From contig JAXLNO010000438.1 of assembly GCA_038087875.1 (NCBI GenBank), forward strand, positions 682,001 to 746,000: a stretch of 64,000 nt of DNA, written 5' to 3'. Each line of letters starts with the position of its first letter. Position 1 is the stretch's first letter. Under the pieces are notes generated by a model. That model was not told the origin of the DNA. It was given only the letters and a program-made list of their open reading frames with translations, and ran no database searches. This DNA comes from Malacoraja senta (Eukaryota). Position numbers and translations under genes: made by a program. Shown here one piece after another: positions 12,646 to 24,543 of this stretch.

Positions 12646-14868
12646 ATGAAAGAAATACAGTATTGCAGCATTGACCATAATATGGTTGAGTTCTTCATTA
12701 GGATGGAGAGTGACATTGTTAATTCAGAAACAATGGTTCTGAACTTAAAGAAAGGTAACTTTGAGGGTATGAGACATGAATTGGCCATGATTGACTGGCA
12801 ATTAATTCTAAAAGGGTTGACGGTGGACATGCAATGGAAGACATTTAAAGACTGCATGGATGAACTACAAAAATTGTTCATCCCAGTTTGGCAAAAGAAT
12901 AAATCAGGGAAGGTAGTGCATCCGTGGATAACAAGGGAAATCAGGGATAGTATCAAAGCGAAAGATGATGCGTACAAATTAGCCAGAAAAAGCAGCATAC
13001 CAGAGGACTGGGAGAAATTCAGAGACCAGCAGAGGAGGACAAAGGGCTTAATTAGGAAAGGAAAAATAGATTATGAAAGAAAACTGGCAGGGAACATAAA
13101 AACTGACTGCAAAAGTTTTTATAAATATGTAAAAAGAAAGAGATTAGTTAAAACAAATGTAGGTCCCTTGCAGTCAGAAACAGGTGAGTTGATCATGGGG
13201 AACAAGGATATGGCGGACCAATTGAATAACTACTTTGGTTCCGTCTTCACTAAGGAAGACATAAATAATCTGCCGGAAATAGCAGGGGACCGCGGGTCAA
13301 AGGAGTTGGAGGAATTGAGTGAAATCCAGGTTAGTCGGGAAGTGGTTTTGGGTAAATTGAATGGATTAAAGGCCGATAAATCCCCAGGGCCAGATAGGCT
13401 GCATCCCAGAGTACTTAAGGAAGTAGCTCCAGAAATAGTGGATGCATTAGTAATAATCTTTCAAAATTCTTTAGATTCTGGAGTAGTTCCTGAGGATTGG
13501 CGGGTAGCAAACGTAACCCCACTTTTTAAGAAGGGAGGGAGAGAGAAAACGGGGAATTACAGACCAGTTAGTCTAACATCGGTGGTGGGGAAACTGCTAG
13601 AGTCAGTTATTAAAGATGGGATAGCAGCACATTTGGAAAGTGGTGAAATCATTGGACAAAGTCAGCATGGATTTACAAAAGGTAAATCATGTCTGACGAA
13701 TCTTATAGAATTTTTCGAGGATGTAACTAGTAGCGTGGATAGGGGAGAACCAGTGGATGTGGTGTATCTGGACTTCCAGAAGGCTTTCGACAAGGTCCCA
13801 CATAAGAGATTAGTATACAAACTTAAAGCACATGGCATTGGGGGTTCAGTATTGATGTGGATAGAGAACTGGCTGGCAAACAGGAAGCAAAGAGTAGGAG
13901 TAAACGGGTCCTTTTCACAATGGCAGGCAGTGACTAGTGGGGTACCGCAAGGCTCAGTGCTGGGACCCCAGCTATTTACAATATATATTAATGACCTGGA
14001 TGAGGGAATTGAAGGCAATATCTCCAAGTTTGCGGATGACACTAAGCTGGGGGGCAGTGTTAGCTGTGAGGAGGATGCTAGGAGACTGCAAGGTGACTTG
14101 GATAGGCTGGGTGAGTGGGCAAATGTTTGGCAGATGCAGTATAATGTGGATAAATGTGAGGTTATCCATTTTGGTGGCAAAAACAGGAAAGCAGACTATT
14201 TTCTAAATGGTGGCCGACTAGGAAAAGGGGAGATGCAGCGAGACCTGGGTGTCATGGTACACCAGTCATTGAAAGTAGGCATGCAGGTGCAGCAGGCAGT
14301 GAAGAAAGCGAATGGTATGTTAGCTTTCATAGCAAAAGGATTTGAGTATAGGAGCAGGGAGGTTCTACTGCAGTTGTACAGGGTCTTGGTGAGACCACAC
14401 CTGGAGTATTGCGTACAGTTTTGGTCTCCAAATCTGAGGAAGGACATTATTGCCATAGAGGGAGTGCAGAGAAGGTTCACCAGACTGATTCCTGGGATGT
14501 CAGGACTGTCTTATGAAGAAAGACTGGATAGACTTGGTTTATACTCTCTAGAATTTAGGAGATTGAGAGGGGATCTTATAGAAACTTACAAAATTCTTAA
14601 GGGGTTGGACAGGCTAGATGCAGGAAGATTGCTCCCGATGTTGGGGAAGTCCAGGACAAGGGGTCACAGCTTAAGGATAAGGGGGAAATCCTTTAAAACC
14701 GAGATGAGAAGAACTTTTTTCACACAGAGAGTGGTGAATCTCTGGAACTCTCTGCCACAGAGGGTAGTCGAGGCCAGTTCATTGGCTATATTTAAGAGGG
14801 AGCTAGATGTGGCCCTTGTGGCTAAAGAGATCAGAGGGTATGGAGAGAAGGCAGGTACGGGATACTGA
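12646..14868 (+). CDS. CR1 ORF2 reverse transcriptase, open 740-codon frame; the first ~7 codons probably come from flanking DNA
   Basis: KSPGPD, NYRPVSLTS, YLDFQKAFDKV, GVPQGSVLGP and KFADDTKL, with no internal stops. Confidence 0.9.
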   Translation: MKEIQYCSIDHNMVEFFIRMESDIVNSETMVLNLKKGNFEGMRHELAMIDWQLILKGLTVDMQWKTFKDCMDELQKLFIPVWQKNKSGKVVHPWITREIRDSIKAKDDAYKLARKSSIPEDWEKFRDQQRRTKGLIRKGKIDYERKLAGNIKTDCKSFYKYVKRKRLVKTNVGPLQSETGELIMGNKDMADQLNNYFGSVFTKEDINNLPEIAGDRGSKELEELSEIQVSREVVLGKLNGLKADKSPGPDRLHPRVLKEVAPEIVDALVIIFQNSLDSGVVPEDWRVANVTPLFKKGGREKTGNYRPVSLTSVVGKLLESVIKDGIAAHLESGEIIGQSQHGFTKGKSCLTNLIEFFEDVTSSVDRGEPVDVVYLDFQKAFDKVPHKRLVYKLKAHGIGGSVLMWIENWLANRKQRVGVNGSFSQWQAVTSGVPQGSVLGPQLFTIYINDLDEGIEGNISKFADDTKLGGSVSCEEDARRLQGDLDRLGEWANVWQMQYNVDKCEVIHFGGKNRKADYFLNGGRLGKGEMQRDLGVMVHQSLKVGMQVQQAVKKANGMLAFIAKGFEYRSREVLLQLYRVLVRPHLEYCVQFWSPNLRKDIIAIEGVQRRFTRLIPGMSGLSYEERLDRLGLYSLEFRRLRGDLIETYKILKGLDRLDAGRLLPMLGKSRTRGHSLRIRGKSFKTEMRRTFFTQRVVNLWNSLPQRVVEASSLAIFKRELDVALVAKEIRGYGEKAGTGY

Positions 14869-14967
14869 GTTGGATGATCAGCCATGATCATATTGAATGG
14901 CGGTGCAGGCTCGAAGGGCCGAATGGCCTACTCCTGCACCTAATTTCTATGTTTCTATGTTTCTATG
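12666..14967 (+). mobile_element. Young CR1 LINE, 5'-truncated at the end of the endonuclease domain
   Basis: Starts at the S/IDHN motif, has an uninterrupted RT ORF, and ends in a 3' UTR with a (TTTCTATG)n tail. Confidence 0.95.
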
Positions 14968-17052
14968 TATTCATACATTCTGTAAACCAGCTGCAGAATT
15001 GCCCATATTGGTGCCATATTGACACCTCCATTAATATCTTGCAATTCAAGCGCAATAAAAGCAAAACATCAGTATATAATATCAATTACATAATTTTCCC
15101 CATAGCCAAACCGCTAAACCAAGTGTATGAATCATACTTGAAACATCCAAAGTGTCGATAACCAGAGGGCATGAATTTGAGATTTAAAAAAGAAGAGATT
15201 TTAGGAGATTTAATTGCCAGAGCATGTAATGCCCTACCCAAAAGAGATTTAATATGAAAATGAATAAACATTTGAAAAGTATAAAAAAAAGTTGATGAGG
15301 AAACAGACAAAGGAACAGGTTACGTGGATGAGTGTGAGTGCAGTGTGTGACTGATTCCGTGAGATCAGTGCAGATCAGTTCTGCTGCGGAGAGGCAAATA
15401 AACTCTTGCTGCTTTGTAATATTATGATTTTTGGAATGAGTGTACAGGTACTCAATAATTTGATATGTAATCTCTACTTTCCATCAAGGCAACCACGTCA
15501 GACCCAGCAACTGTTATATCTAACTAATTGCAGTTATTGTGGTCTAGTCCTGGCCTGACGAGCTGCTTCTTGCACTGGGCAGCAGAAGATATAACAATTC
15601 TGTCCCAGGGGAGAAATGTGTAACTCATGTAGGTACCCTCAATCATCTGGCCTCTGCAGGAGTGGCTAAGGAATGTAAGCCACCTAGCATAAGCAGGAAC
15701 TGGTGGAGGTCCCCTTTCAGTACAGCTTCAGCTTCAAGCTTCAACCAGCTCTGCATCTTTCAAACAGTCTTCAAAGCAGTTAACTCTGTGTGGAACTAGC
15801 ACAAGGAACTGGGCTTTGTTGAGTATAATTCCTCAATCTTCACTGAACAACTCTGTTTAACCTTGACAATCTCCAGGATAATTACTGGCATTGAGACGAG
15901 ATGCACTTTCCAGCACTTCCTCATCATTTACATGTAAATTATTGCACCTTGAAGCACAGTATGTGAGCTGTGAGTACCTCTCAACTCTGCATCTGGCTTC
16001 GAATGCCTCTTCTTTCTCATAGTTAGATTGGAAGACTATTCAGCTCGAAAGATTGAAACCACTGGGAGAACTGCCAGCAAGCAGCTTAAAAGGTTACAGA
16101 AAAGAATGATGCATTGGCTGGGAACCTTTGATTTCTTCCCTCCAAATTGACTGTGACAAAGATAACAGCTATGATCGTACAAGGCGTAAAGGTATATAGC
16201 TAGTCATAATCAATGCAACTTTACCAAAAGATTACAGCATCTTCTGTTTTGATGAAATCTATATTATGTACATTGCATGGTCAAATAAGTTATATGACAA
16301 TTAACATAGATAAGTAAACACAAATAAAATAAATAAATAAACACCACTTTGCATGGGGAAGTCCTCCGGCTTATTTAAATACTCACTGTTCATAAGATGT
16401 AACCATCAACACTGTATTTGGAGAATGTTTGGAGACATTCATCTTTTGGTCTAAAAAAAGTGATGCTGCCAAATTAACACAGTTTCTGAACTTAAATTAT
16501 GCTTGTTTTAATTACAGGAGTAATGTTAATTGGCTGCATCTCTGCTGACCATATTAACAAATTCTAACCTGGTTTGAAGATAAAATAATCACTTTCCAAC
16601 AGCTAAGACGCAGAAAGTTGGTGATGATTTAAATAGATTCCTACACTGCACTAATTAGTGATTGTCACAATTTAATTTACTGTATGAGTTTACAACCAAT
16701 TCAATCTGTTTCTACTTTGCAGTTGATTTGCATACTTTGTTGACAGGAATTAATCATTGTTTAAAGATTGGTATAACAGATCTCCACTTTAATCCAACCA
16801 TTTGACCTTGTTGATTAGTACATCTCACAGCCTATTCCATATCACTAATTTTAATTGCTTTCATACATTACTGCAGAACCATTGTACATATATTGAATTT
16901 AATAAAGATAACATTTTAAATGACCGCACAACAAAATGTATATTAAAAAATCCTACAAAAAAGTATGCAAATGCTGAGATCAGTTTCTATTAAATACAGG
17001 GCCAATGCCAGGAGGTGAATGGAAAATTTGCTTAATGCAATAATGGTAGTAT

Positions 17053-17825
17053 TGTTAATCCTGGCCAGATTGGAGAGGCTAGGACTCTAAAATTGAGTAA
17101 AGGCTTCAGGGCTGCTAGGCCATTTGGTTAATTTAAAAGTGCTCTCTGTAGAAATGGGACAAGCTGCAAAATGGTGCCAGTTTGTCTAGAGCCTAGATCT
17201 GAGCTGCAGGAAGAGAATGGCAACATCTGCAGACGCTGACAATTAGGTGCAAAATGCAGAGAATGGATTGGATGAATGCAAACCAGACATACACTTTGTA
17301 AATAATTGTAAATAATGTTGCAAAGCTTTACTTTGCTGAATGTTGATTGGATGAGGTATTGAGCCTTGTCTGGTTTTCTTGCGCATCAGGGTAAATGTTG
17401 CGATGTTTGCTTGGTCCGAGAAACACTGTTTGAATACAATGTATTAGCCACTGTATTATTGGGTTAGGGAAATGTCTGTTATGTAGGGGGTTAATCAATA
17501 TCTTTAATTGGATTGTAAAGAGACCACCCCCATGTGGTTTGGCCCCTCGAGATCCAGGGATCTATAGAAGTCTGCTGCCACGAGGTCCTGCATCGATCTT
17601 CTGGGAGAGCGCTTAGGAATGCGTGACCTTCTGGAGTGTCTCTGTTTGAGTGAGGCCTAGAGGGCTTGATCAGGCAGATACGAGGATCGAACCCGCGGTG
17701 GTTAGGTACAGTAGTTGGAACTGTAATTGTGTTTTGGCAAAATAAAGATTCGTTGCGCAAGTGCTTGATTCAATGGTTTTTGACAGAAACTAGACTGGCG
17801 GGAAGCTTAGAATGAGCAATTTACA
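17053..17825 (+). repeat. 5' LTR (~773 bp)
   Basis: TGTTAATCC...GCAATTTACA, a direct repeat of 24205-25604 minus the MITE. TATA-like sequence at ~17563 and AATAAA at 17741-17746. Confidence 0.95.
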
Positions 17826-17826
17826 T

Positions 17827-17844
17827 TGGGGGCTCATCCGGGAT
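17827..17844 (+). promoter_or_regulatory. Primer-binding site complementary to tRNA-Pro
   Basis: TGGGGGCTCATCCGGGAT matches the MLV-type PBS TGGGGGCTCGTCCGGGAT at 17 of 18 positions, one base after the LTR end. Confidence 0.92.
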
Positions 17845-19778
17845 CTCAACAGACCCCCAAACACAAGCTTGCAATCAAGGGTGTTGAGCCGTTTCGATCG
17901 TGAGTGCAAAAATTGGGCTACTGTGCGGTTTTCGCATTGGTTTTCGGCAGTCCGCTAGTCGGGACGGATCGATCATTCGCGGGCTTGGGAAAGGGTCTAA
18001 TCGAGATCATTAGAATAGAGTCCAGCTAGCATGGGGGGGGGGTGGTTAGCACTCCTTTGCATTGGGGGCCCATAAAACAGGGCGTGGAGTGGCCCGAAAC
18101 TTGGTCATAGTTGGCAGACTGCAGCTGCTTTAATGAGAGCCTGATGTGCTTCTTTGGGCGAGGGGTGGCCCAAGGTTAGATTTGGTATCCAATTGGTGGG
18201 GTATTGAAATACAGATCAGACCTACGTATTGATCTATCTTTGCCGGGAGCGCGGATTGAAAAGGGGCGCTTCTGAAACTCGGCATCAACAACTGCCAGTG
18301 CGAAGGAGTGTCTGCGTGAAGATATCTGATTCCTTCCCTGGAGTGACGGACAAGGAATCTCGTAAAGGTACTGGGCTCAGTGGTCAGAGTATAGATTGGC
18401 TGTGAATACTCTAGTCCATACGAGAATTTAATTGGGCAATTTTAGTTTGATTCGAGAGCCCGCGTTTGTGGAGGAATATGCACTAAAACTAGGAGTTCGA
18501 GAATGATTCTAAATTTGCAGAATCAAATTTCCAAATACAGAATTTCACATTGAAGTTCTGCCTGTAAGGTAGATTTCAAATTTTTGTAGATAGAATTTTG
18601 GAGTTGGTGCATGTCCGTGATCGATACCGAATAGTGGCTGATCAACAGTGAATAGTAACCCCAGATCGATTGTTGATTGGTACCAGATAGCAAAGAGTAC
18701 CTGAGGGACAGAAACCTGTTTACTTGGTGAAAAGTAAGCCGAATGCGAAGGGTACCCCTAATTCTGTAGAACTTAAAGAGGAGGGATAGAGGACCCCCTA
18801 TATAAGTCCAGTAGGGGTAGTAACATTCGGGAGGAAAAGTAGTCATTTAAGGAGCAGTACCCCTCAGCAAAGAGTAACCTAGGAAGGGGAAAATCTTCGG
18901 TATCGGAGGGAGAGGTTCACTGATTGATAACAGCGTGAAGCGGCGTTGAGATCGAGTGTTTGTAAACTGTGCGCTAGTGCTTTGAATCATTTTTGTAAAT
19001 TGTAAAAATCTAGCTTTTTGCATTGTTATGAGATCTGAATTGTGTAAATATTCTGTGTATGTAAATAAATTTAGTGTATTAAGGTTTAGAAAGTTAAGAT
19101 TTAGAGAGTGTTAAGTTTGCGGACCGCCATTTGTATTGCTGCGTGTGTGAGTGTTTAAGGATTTAGATACTTGAAGTAAAAGTGTGTTTGAGTTAAGTAT
19201 TTGTAATTGTTTAGATCGTAGTATTGTGAGAATCTGAGTCGTGGTTCGATCAGGGATTGTACTCTTTTGATCTCTGTGTCAGGGGAGGAGTCATTCCGCT
19301 GACCGATTGCGCCATGAGGAAGATTTATTTGGGTGTGATTTATTGGATGCTTGTAGTTTATATTGGGGTGTGTTTGGGGTTACTTGTAATCGGGGGAATA
19401 CTTTCGTTCTTGACTATAGTTTTATTAGCGTGGTTCAGATTTGTGTGTGAAAACTTAAAGTGGATTGAGCAAGAGAAAGATTGCGGCATAGAAGAGACTG
19501 TGATTAAGAGTTAGACTTGGATTGAGAAACCGGAGATCCTTTATTTGAAAGTTTAGAGTTGAATGAAGTGTTTGTGATCTAACTGATAAGGGAGTTGGGA
19601 GAGCGATTGAATTGAATAAGGGAATGATTGCAAGTAAGTGTGAATCTGAGGGGAGATTAGTCATTGTGTGGGAGAGACTCCATTGACCTTGGAGTCTGGA
19701 GGGAAGAAGTGAGTTTGAATAGGTGTCAGTGTCTGGAAATTTTATTTTGTATTTTGTATTGTGACTATTATTCAGAGA

Positions 19779-20867
19779 ATGGGGTATGTCTCAGAGAAGG
19801 ACCGATCAAATAGATCAGGAAGCCTGATAAGGATAATTTGCAAGAAGCTTCCACATGAAACAGATGGACTAAGAGCATTATCTGGGGAATTAAATGCAGT
19901 TTTAAGAAGTGAACTTTGGCCACTGGGTGGACTAAAATCTGTAATAGGAATAAACTACATAGAAATGATTGTCAAAAAATATGGAAATAGTGAAGAAGGA
20001 AATGAGCTAATTGGAATATGGAGAATGTTCTTCACGAGAAGGAAAATAAATAAAGAGATCGTTTTGCTGTCCACTCTAAGAATGGCGGCATATAAATTGG
20101 GGATTAGAGATGAACACGAGAGAACTGGTCCTTCTCAGGACATTCCAGACCAGGGACAGGAAGAACTAGTAAGCCAAAAGCAGGAGCAAGAACAGGAGAG
20201 ACCTCCTTCTTCTAAAAGGGAAACTACTGAGATGGCTCTTAAAGGGGAGGTGCCGACTAAAATTAAACTTATTAAATTTGGTAAGAGTGCAGCAGTATCT
20301 GTAGACCTCGAAGGAAGAGAGGCTCACTATATGCCAGGGTGGGCAGAATTTTTCGGAGTAGAGCCAAAGCATTCCTCACAGCACTCTCATGTTCTCAGTT
20401 CGGAGACACCATGTGCAGCTTGCGAGCAAGGCACACAGAAGGAGTCGGTGTTATCTTCGGCTCCTCCCACTAAATTCAAATCTGAAGTGGAAAAATCGGG
20501 GAAGGATCCTCTAGCTCCTATCATTGCTCCACCAGTGGAGTACAATATGGGAGATCAAGGAGCTAGAAGGAAGGTTCCACCAAAATGGAAACCAAAATTA
20601 ATTAGAAACTCCAGTAGTGGGAAAGGGAAGGAATCCTTCCTGAGGTACAGATATAGAACAAATAGCTTTTCTGAGGGTGAGATAGGAGGAGGATACGGAG
20701 GGATTGATCCGGACATTGACAATATTATTATGTCGGAGCAATTCCCTGACGATGGGGATATGGAACGGATTCCCCGTAGACAGTTCATTTGTAGAACGCT
20801 GCCTACTCCACCTTTGGTATTAAGTCCCGAATTAGGTGTAAATGTCCCCCTGACCACAGACGTTTAG
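19779..20867 (+). CDS. gag: Gag-like ORF (putative matrix N-terminus plus Pro/charged spacer; no clear capsid domain)
   Basis: Longest internal ORF of the provirus, starting MGYVSEK, with a WPLGG motif and Pro-rich segments (APPTK, APPVEY, LPTPP). A CCHC knuckle lies just downstream. Confidence 0.65.
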   Translation: MGYVSEKDRSNRSGSLIRIICKKLPHETDGLRALSGELNAVLRSELWPLGGLKSVIGINYIEMIVKKYGNSEEGNELIGIWRMFFTRRKINKEIVLLSTLRMAAYKLGIRDEHERTGPSQDIPDQGQEELVSQKQEQEQERPPSSKRETTEMALKGEVPTKIKLIKFGKSAAVSVDLEGREAHYMPGWAEFFGVEPKHSSQHSHVLSSETPCAACEQGTQKESVLSSAPPTKFKSEVEKSGKDPLAPIIAPPVEYNMGDQGARRKVPPKWKPKLIRNSSSGKGKESFLRYRYRTNSFSEGEIGGGYGGIDPDIDNIIMSEQFPDDGDMERIPRRQFICRTLPTPPLVLSPELGVNVPLTTDV

Positions 20868-21058
20868 ATTTTAATGCAGCCTGATCCAACGGCAGCTCAG
20901 AGACATATATTAAAGATTCAAAAGAGGGAAAAAAAGGACGGAGGAGGACGGAAGACAAGGAGGAGGAAGATCTCAAAGCTTAGATAGATCTCCCATTCCG
21001 AGAGCCAACCTTTCCTCGGTTTGGCTGGAGAGGTTACAGAGCAGTCTGACCCGATCAG

Positions 21059-21277
21059 TGCTACAACTGTGGGGGATTGGGACATTGGAGTCGGTCGTGT
21101 CCTGTGAGGGAGTACTATCGAGAAGGAAGGGGGCAAAGAAGAGGGCCACGGGGTTTCAGAAACCAGTGGATTCCGAGAGGTTGCCGGGAATCTTGGGACC
21201 CTGAGGGTAGAGGACGAGGACACTGGCAAGGAGATCAGGGGGCAGGAACATTTTGGCAATCAAACCCATTTCTTTAG
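21059..21277 (+). pseudogene. gag: Gag nucleocapsid remnant: single zinc knuckle plus RG-rich tail
   Basis: 21059-21100 translates CYNCGGLGHWSRSC (CX2CX4HX4C), followed by RGRG-rich sequence and NPFL-stop. Confidence 0.85.
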
Positions 21278-21802
21278 ACCTAACCTACTAGTTAATATCA
21301 CCTATTAAATTTGAATTTGAAATTCTCACATGGCCTGAAAACAGCAATAAAAACCAGCAAGAACATCACCCCTTCCAAAATCTAGGAGATACAAATAATC
21401 TAATTCTCGAGAAACCCTCACTGAAAGGAAGAAGTAAGAAACATAGTAGCTGGCGTGAGAAGGAATGGTAACTAAGGAGAAGAAATGGCACTAGGGAGAG
21501 AAGAAACAAATGTATTGTGCAGGAGGTATGGGAGTGGGGAAAGAAGTTACTAACGTGTTACTGAGTTTATGCCTGCAGGACAGTATAATCGACAACATAC
21601 TATCTGGGGAGTGAGGTAAAGAATACACAGACAGCAAAGGTAATGTAGGTCCCCAGAAACAGGAATCAACGAGCAGGAGGAAACGATACTGTCCTGCCCC
21701 TTTAAGACAAATCTGGGAAGGCCAACCGATAGACAGAGCTCATCAGTATCCCTACTCCCTTTAAACCAACATCAGAGAAGAAGAAGAAGAAAACCTACCC
21801 TA

Positions 21803-22589
21803 GTCAAGTCAAGTCAAGTCACATTTATTTATATAGCACATTTAAAAAACAACTCTCGTTGGCCAAAGTGCTTTACATTTGTTATAAGTATAGTATAGAC
21901 AAACAAATGACATACATATATACATATAGCCCTCACTCAGAGGACGTCAAGAAAAGGCTTGGGAGTATAGATACGTTTTTAGTCTTGACTTAAAGGAGTC
22001 GATGGAGGGGGCAGTTCTGATGGGAAGGGGGATGCTGTTCCACAGTCTAGGAGCTGCAACCGCAAAGGCGCGGTCGCCCCTGAGCTTATGCCTAGACCAC
22101 GGGATATTCAGCAACCCCAAGTCGGCCGATCTGAGGGACCTGGAGGTGGAGTGGTGGGTAAGAAGACTTTTGATGTAGGTGGGGGAAAGCCCATTGAGGG
22201 CTTTGTAGACATAGAGGAGGATCTTGAAATGTATACGGAACCACACAGGGAGCCAGTGGAGAGAGGCCAGGATCGGGGTGATGTGGTCCCTTTTTGGGTG
22301 CCCGTCAGGAGTCTCGCTGCGGTGTTTTGGACCAGTCAGGCGGGACAGGGAAGATTGGCTGATGCCAGTGTAAAGGGAGTTGCAGTAATCTAGGCGGGAG
22401 GAGATAAATGTGTGGATGATCTTTTCGAGGTCATCAAAGTGGAGGAATTGTTTAATTTTAGCTATCGTCCGAAGCTGAAAGAAGCTAGCTTTTACCACGG
22501 CATTGACTTGTTTGTCGAATTTCAGTGCTGAGTCAAATATCACGCCAAGGTTTTTGACGTGAGGTTTGAGTAGTGGGATAAGGCTTCCA
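21803..22589 (-). mobile_element. L2-clade LINE 3' fragment inserted in the provirus
   Basis: DSALKFDKQVNAVV...SRLDYCNSLY...HITPILASLHWLP...FKSRLKTYL, with a (TTGAC)n tail at 21803-21821. Confidence 0.92.
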
Positions 22590-24192
22590 CTAGATGATGT
22601 TAAAGCCCAACTTTAACATCATCTAGCGTTTGAAGCAAGTAAAAGAAGGAAAGTAAAGGACACTATCCAATCTTCCCTAAAGAAACAACACCGACAACCT
22701 GTAATGACTATTGGGACAAGCTCCTCTTTAAAGAAATGGATTTGAAAAAAATCATTCCTCTGTGGTTTGGGGTAAAACATTGATTTTGCATCTAAATTAT
22801 GATTATTAGAAATAAATTTATAAAATTTTGAATTCGGTCTCGAAATTGTATGGTGATGAATTGGAGGGACTTTACATTTTTGAGATTTTGAACAGACTTG
22901 TAAAATTTGGCTTAGGAATATTTGGAGTTTGATTATTAATTAATATTGTTATTATCTCAGCCGAAGATGGGAAGGATTATTCAGAGAACATCAGGAAGGA
23001 TGGAACTTTGGAAGATCTGGTATCATGGAAATTATTCAGGGAATATGAGAGTTGGAATTAAAATTGGAATTAAAATTGGAGTTAAAATTGGAGTTGGAGT
23101 TGGAATTTGAAATGGTCAAAAGAGGAACTGTGAGCAGCAGGACTTCCCTTTAAGAGACCGGACTAGGAAATTTCTCAGTAGCTAAGAACTAGTATAAGCG
23201 AGAACCCCTAGACCGGGAGCTGAGCCAACATACTAAGGAAGAAGTACTGGAGGAGAAACCTAGTGAATGAGAGGGAGAAATTTGAATGGGTGTGGAGATA
23301 GCAGAGCCGATGCATATTTAACCGATGATCTAAATTGTTTAACCTTTGATGGTAAAGCGGCTTCTATTATCAAGGTGGAAATAAATTGTTCCTGGATTTG
23401 GCATTCTTAATTGGATTTATGATGAAATTGACAGCATATGGAAATTGATTGTTTAAATTTGAACAGCTGGGAATTCCACAGGAATTGGAATGGAATTGTG
23501 TTATCGGCCACAATGCTGTGGAATGAGAAGGATGAGATGGACACTGAAATTAAAATAGTAAATTGAAGGCTAAGACTGAATTTGGTTGAATTGAAACATT
23601 TTTCATGGTTTACTTTAAAAAAGAGTCACGCCTGTAGGGAAATCTGGACTGAACCCAGCTGAAATTTATATGAGAATCCATCATCAGATATGCATATTAT
23701 AACATTGTGTGAATACGGAGGGCTGGTTAGTGTTGATCCTAGGATAGTAGAGAGTATATTAGAAAATTGGAATAGAAATACAGTGATAGAGTAGAATATA
23801 ATAGAGCGGAATATTGAAATGGAACGGGGATAGTGTTGCAGAATTACAGTGAATGTATGGGAAAGCACGGGTGCATGATGGTAACTTGCATTGTCCCAAG
23901 TTTTTCAGGAATTATAGGTTATAGGTTTGACTATGGAAAGGAATGGAAGAATAGGCAACAACATGGATGGAGGGAATTCGCGCCCACGAAAACTCGGGAG
24001 GTGAAGACTCATAGACGGAAATTGTGAAGCTATGCCCAAGAAACTCGGGAAGCTTGATAAGATTCTGGGAAGAAACATCATCATCTTGTGTTGCTGATAG
24101 ATGGGAAATGTAATGGACACACTTATGTATATCTGGCTAGCTGATTATTGGACTATTTGGTTATCATAAATGATGGGTTATTATATATGATC

Positions 24193-24204
24193 AAAAGGAA
24201 GGAA
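24193..24204 (+). promoter_or_regulatory. Polypurine tract of the provirus
   Basis: AAAAGGAAGGAA lies immediately before the TG of the 3' LTR. Confidence 0.8.
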
Positions 24205-24543
24205 TGTTAATCCTGGCTAGATTGGAGAGGCTAGGGCTAAAACCGAGTAAAGGCTTCAGGGCTGCTAGGCTATTTGGTCAATTTAAAGTGCTCTCTGTAG
24301 AAATGGGACAAGCTGCAGAATGGTGCCAGTTTGTCTAGAGCCTAGATCTGAGCTGCAGGAAGAGAATGGGAACATCTGCAGACCCTGACAATTAGGTGCA
24401 GAATGCATAGAATGTATTGGATGAATGCAAACCAGACATACACTTTGTAAATAATTGTAAATAATGTTGCAAAGCTTTACTTTATTGAATGTTGATTGGA
24501 TGAGGTATTGAGCCTTGTCTGGTTTTCTTCCATATCAGAGTAG

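Noticed and set aside
13662..14891. Antisense ORFs over the CR1
   Set aside because: Shadow ORFs of the RT frame, a common CR1 artefact.
17491..17760. 89-aa antisense ORF present in both LTRs (also 25270-25539)
   Set aside because: It is duplicated simply because the LTRs are; it has a non-ATG start and no recognisable motif.
23052..23106. (TTGGAATTAAAA)n / (TTGGAG)n repeat in the provirus
   Set aside because: Simple slippage minisatellite with no evidence of function.
24140..24170. LDYL as a possible env immunosuppressive-domain remnant
   Set aside because: Four residues only, with no QNR or CX6CC context and flanking stops.
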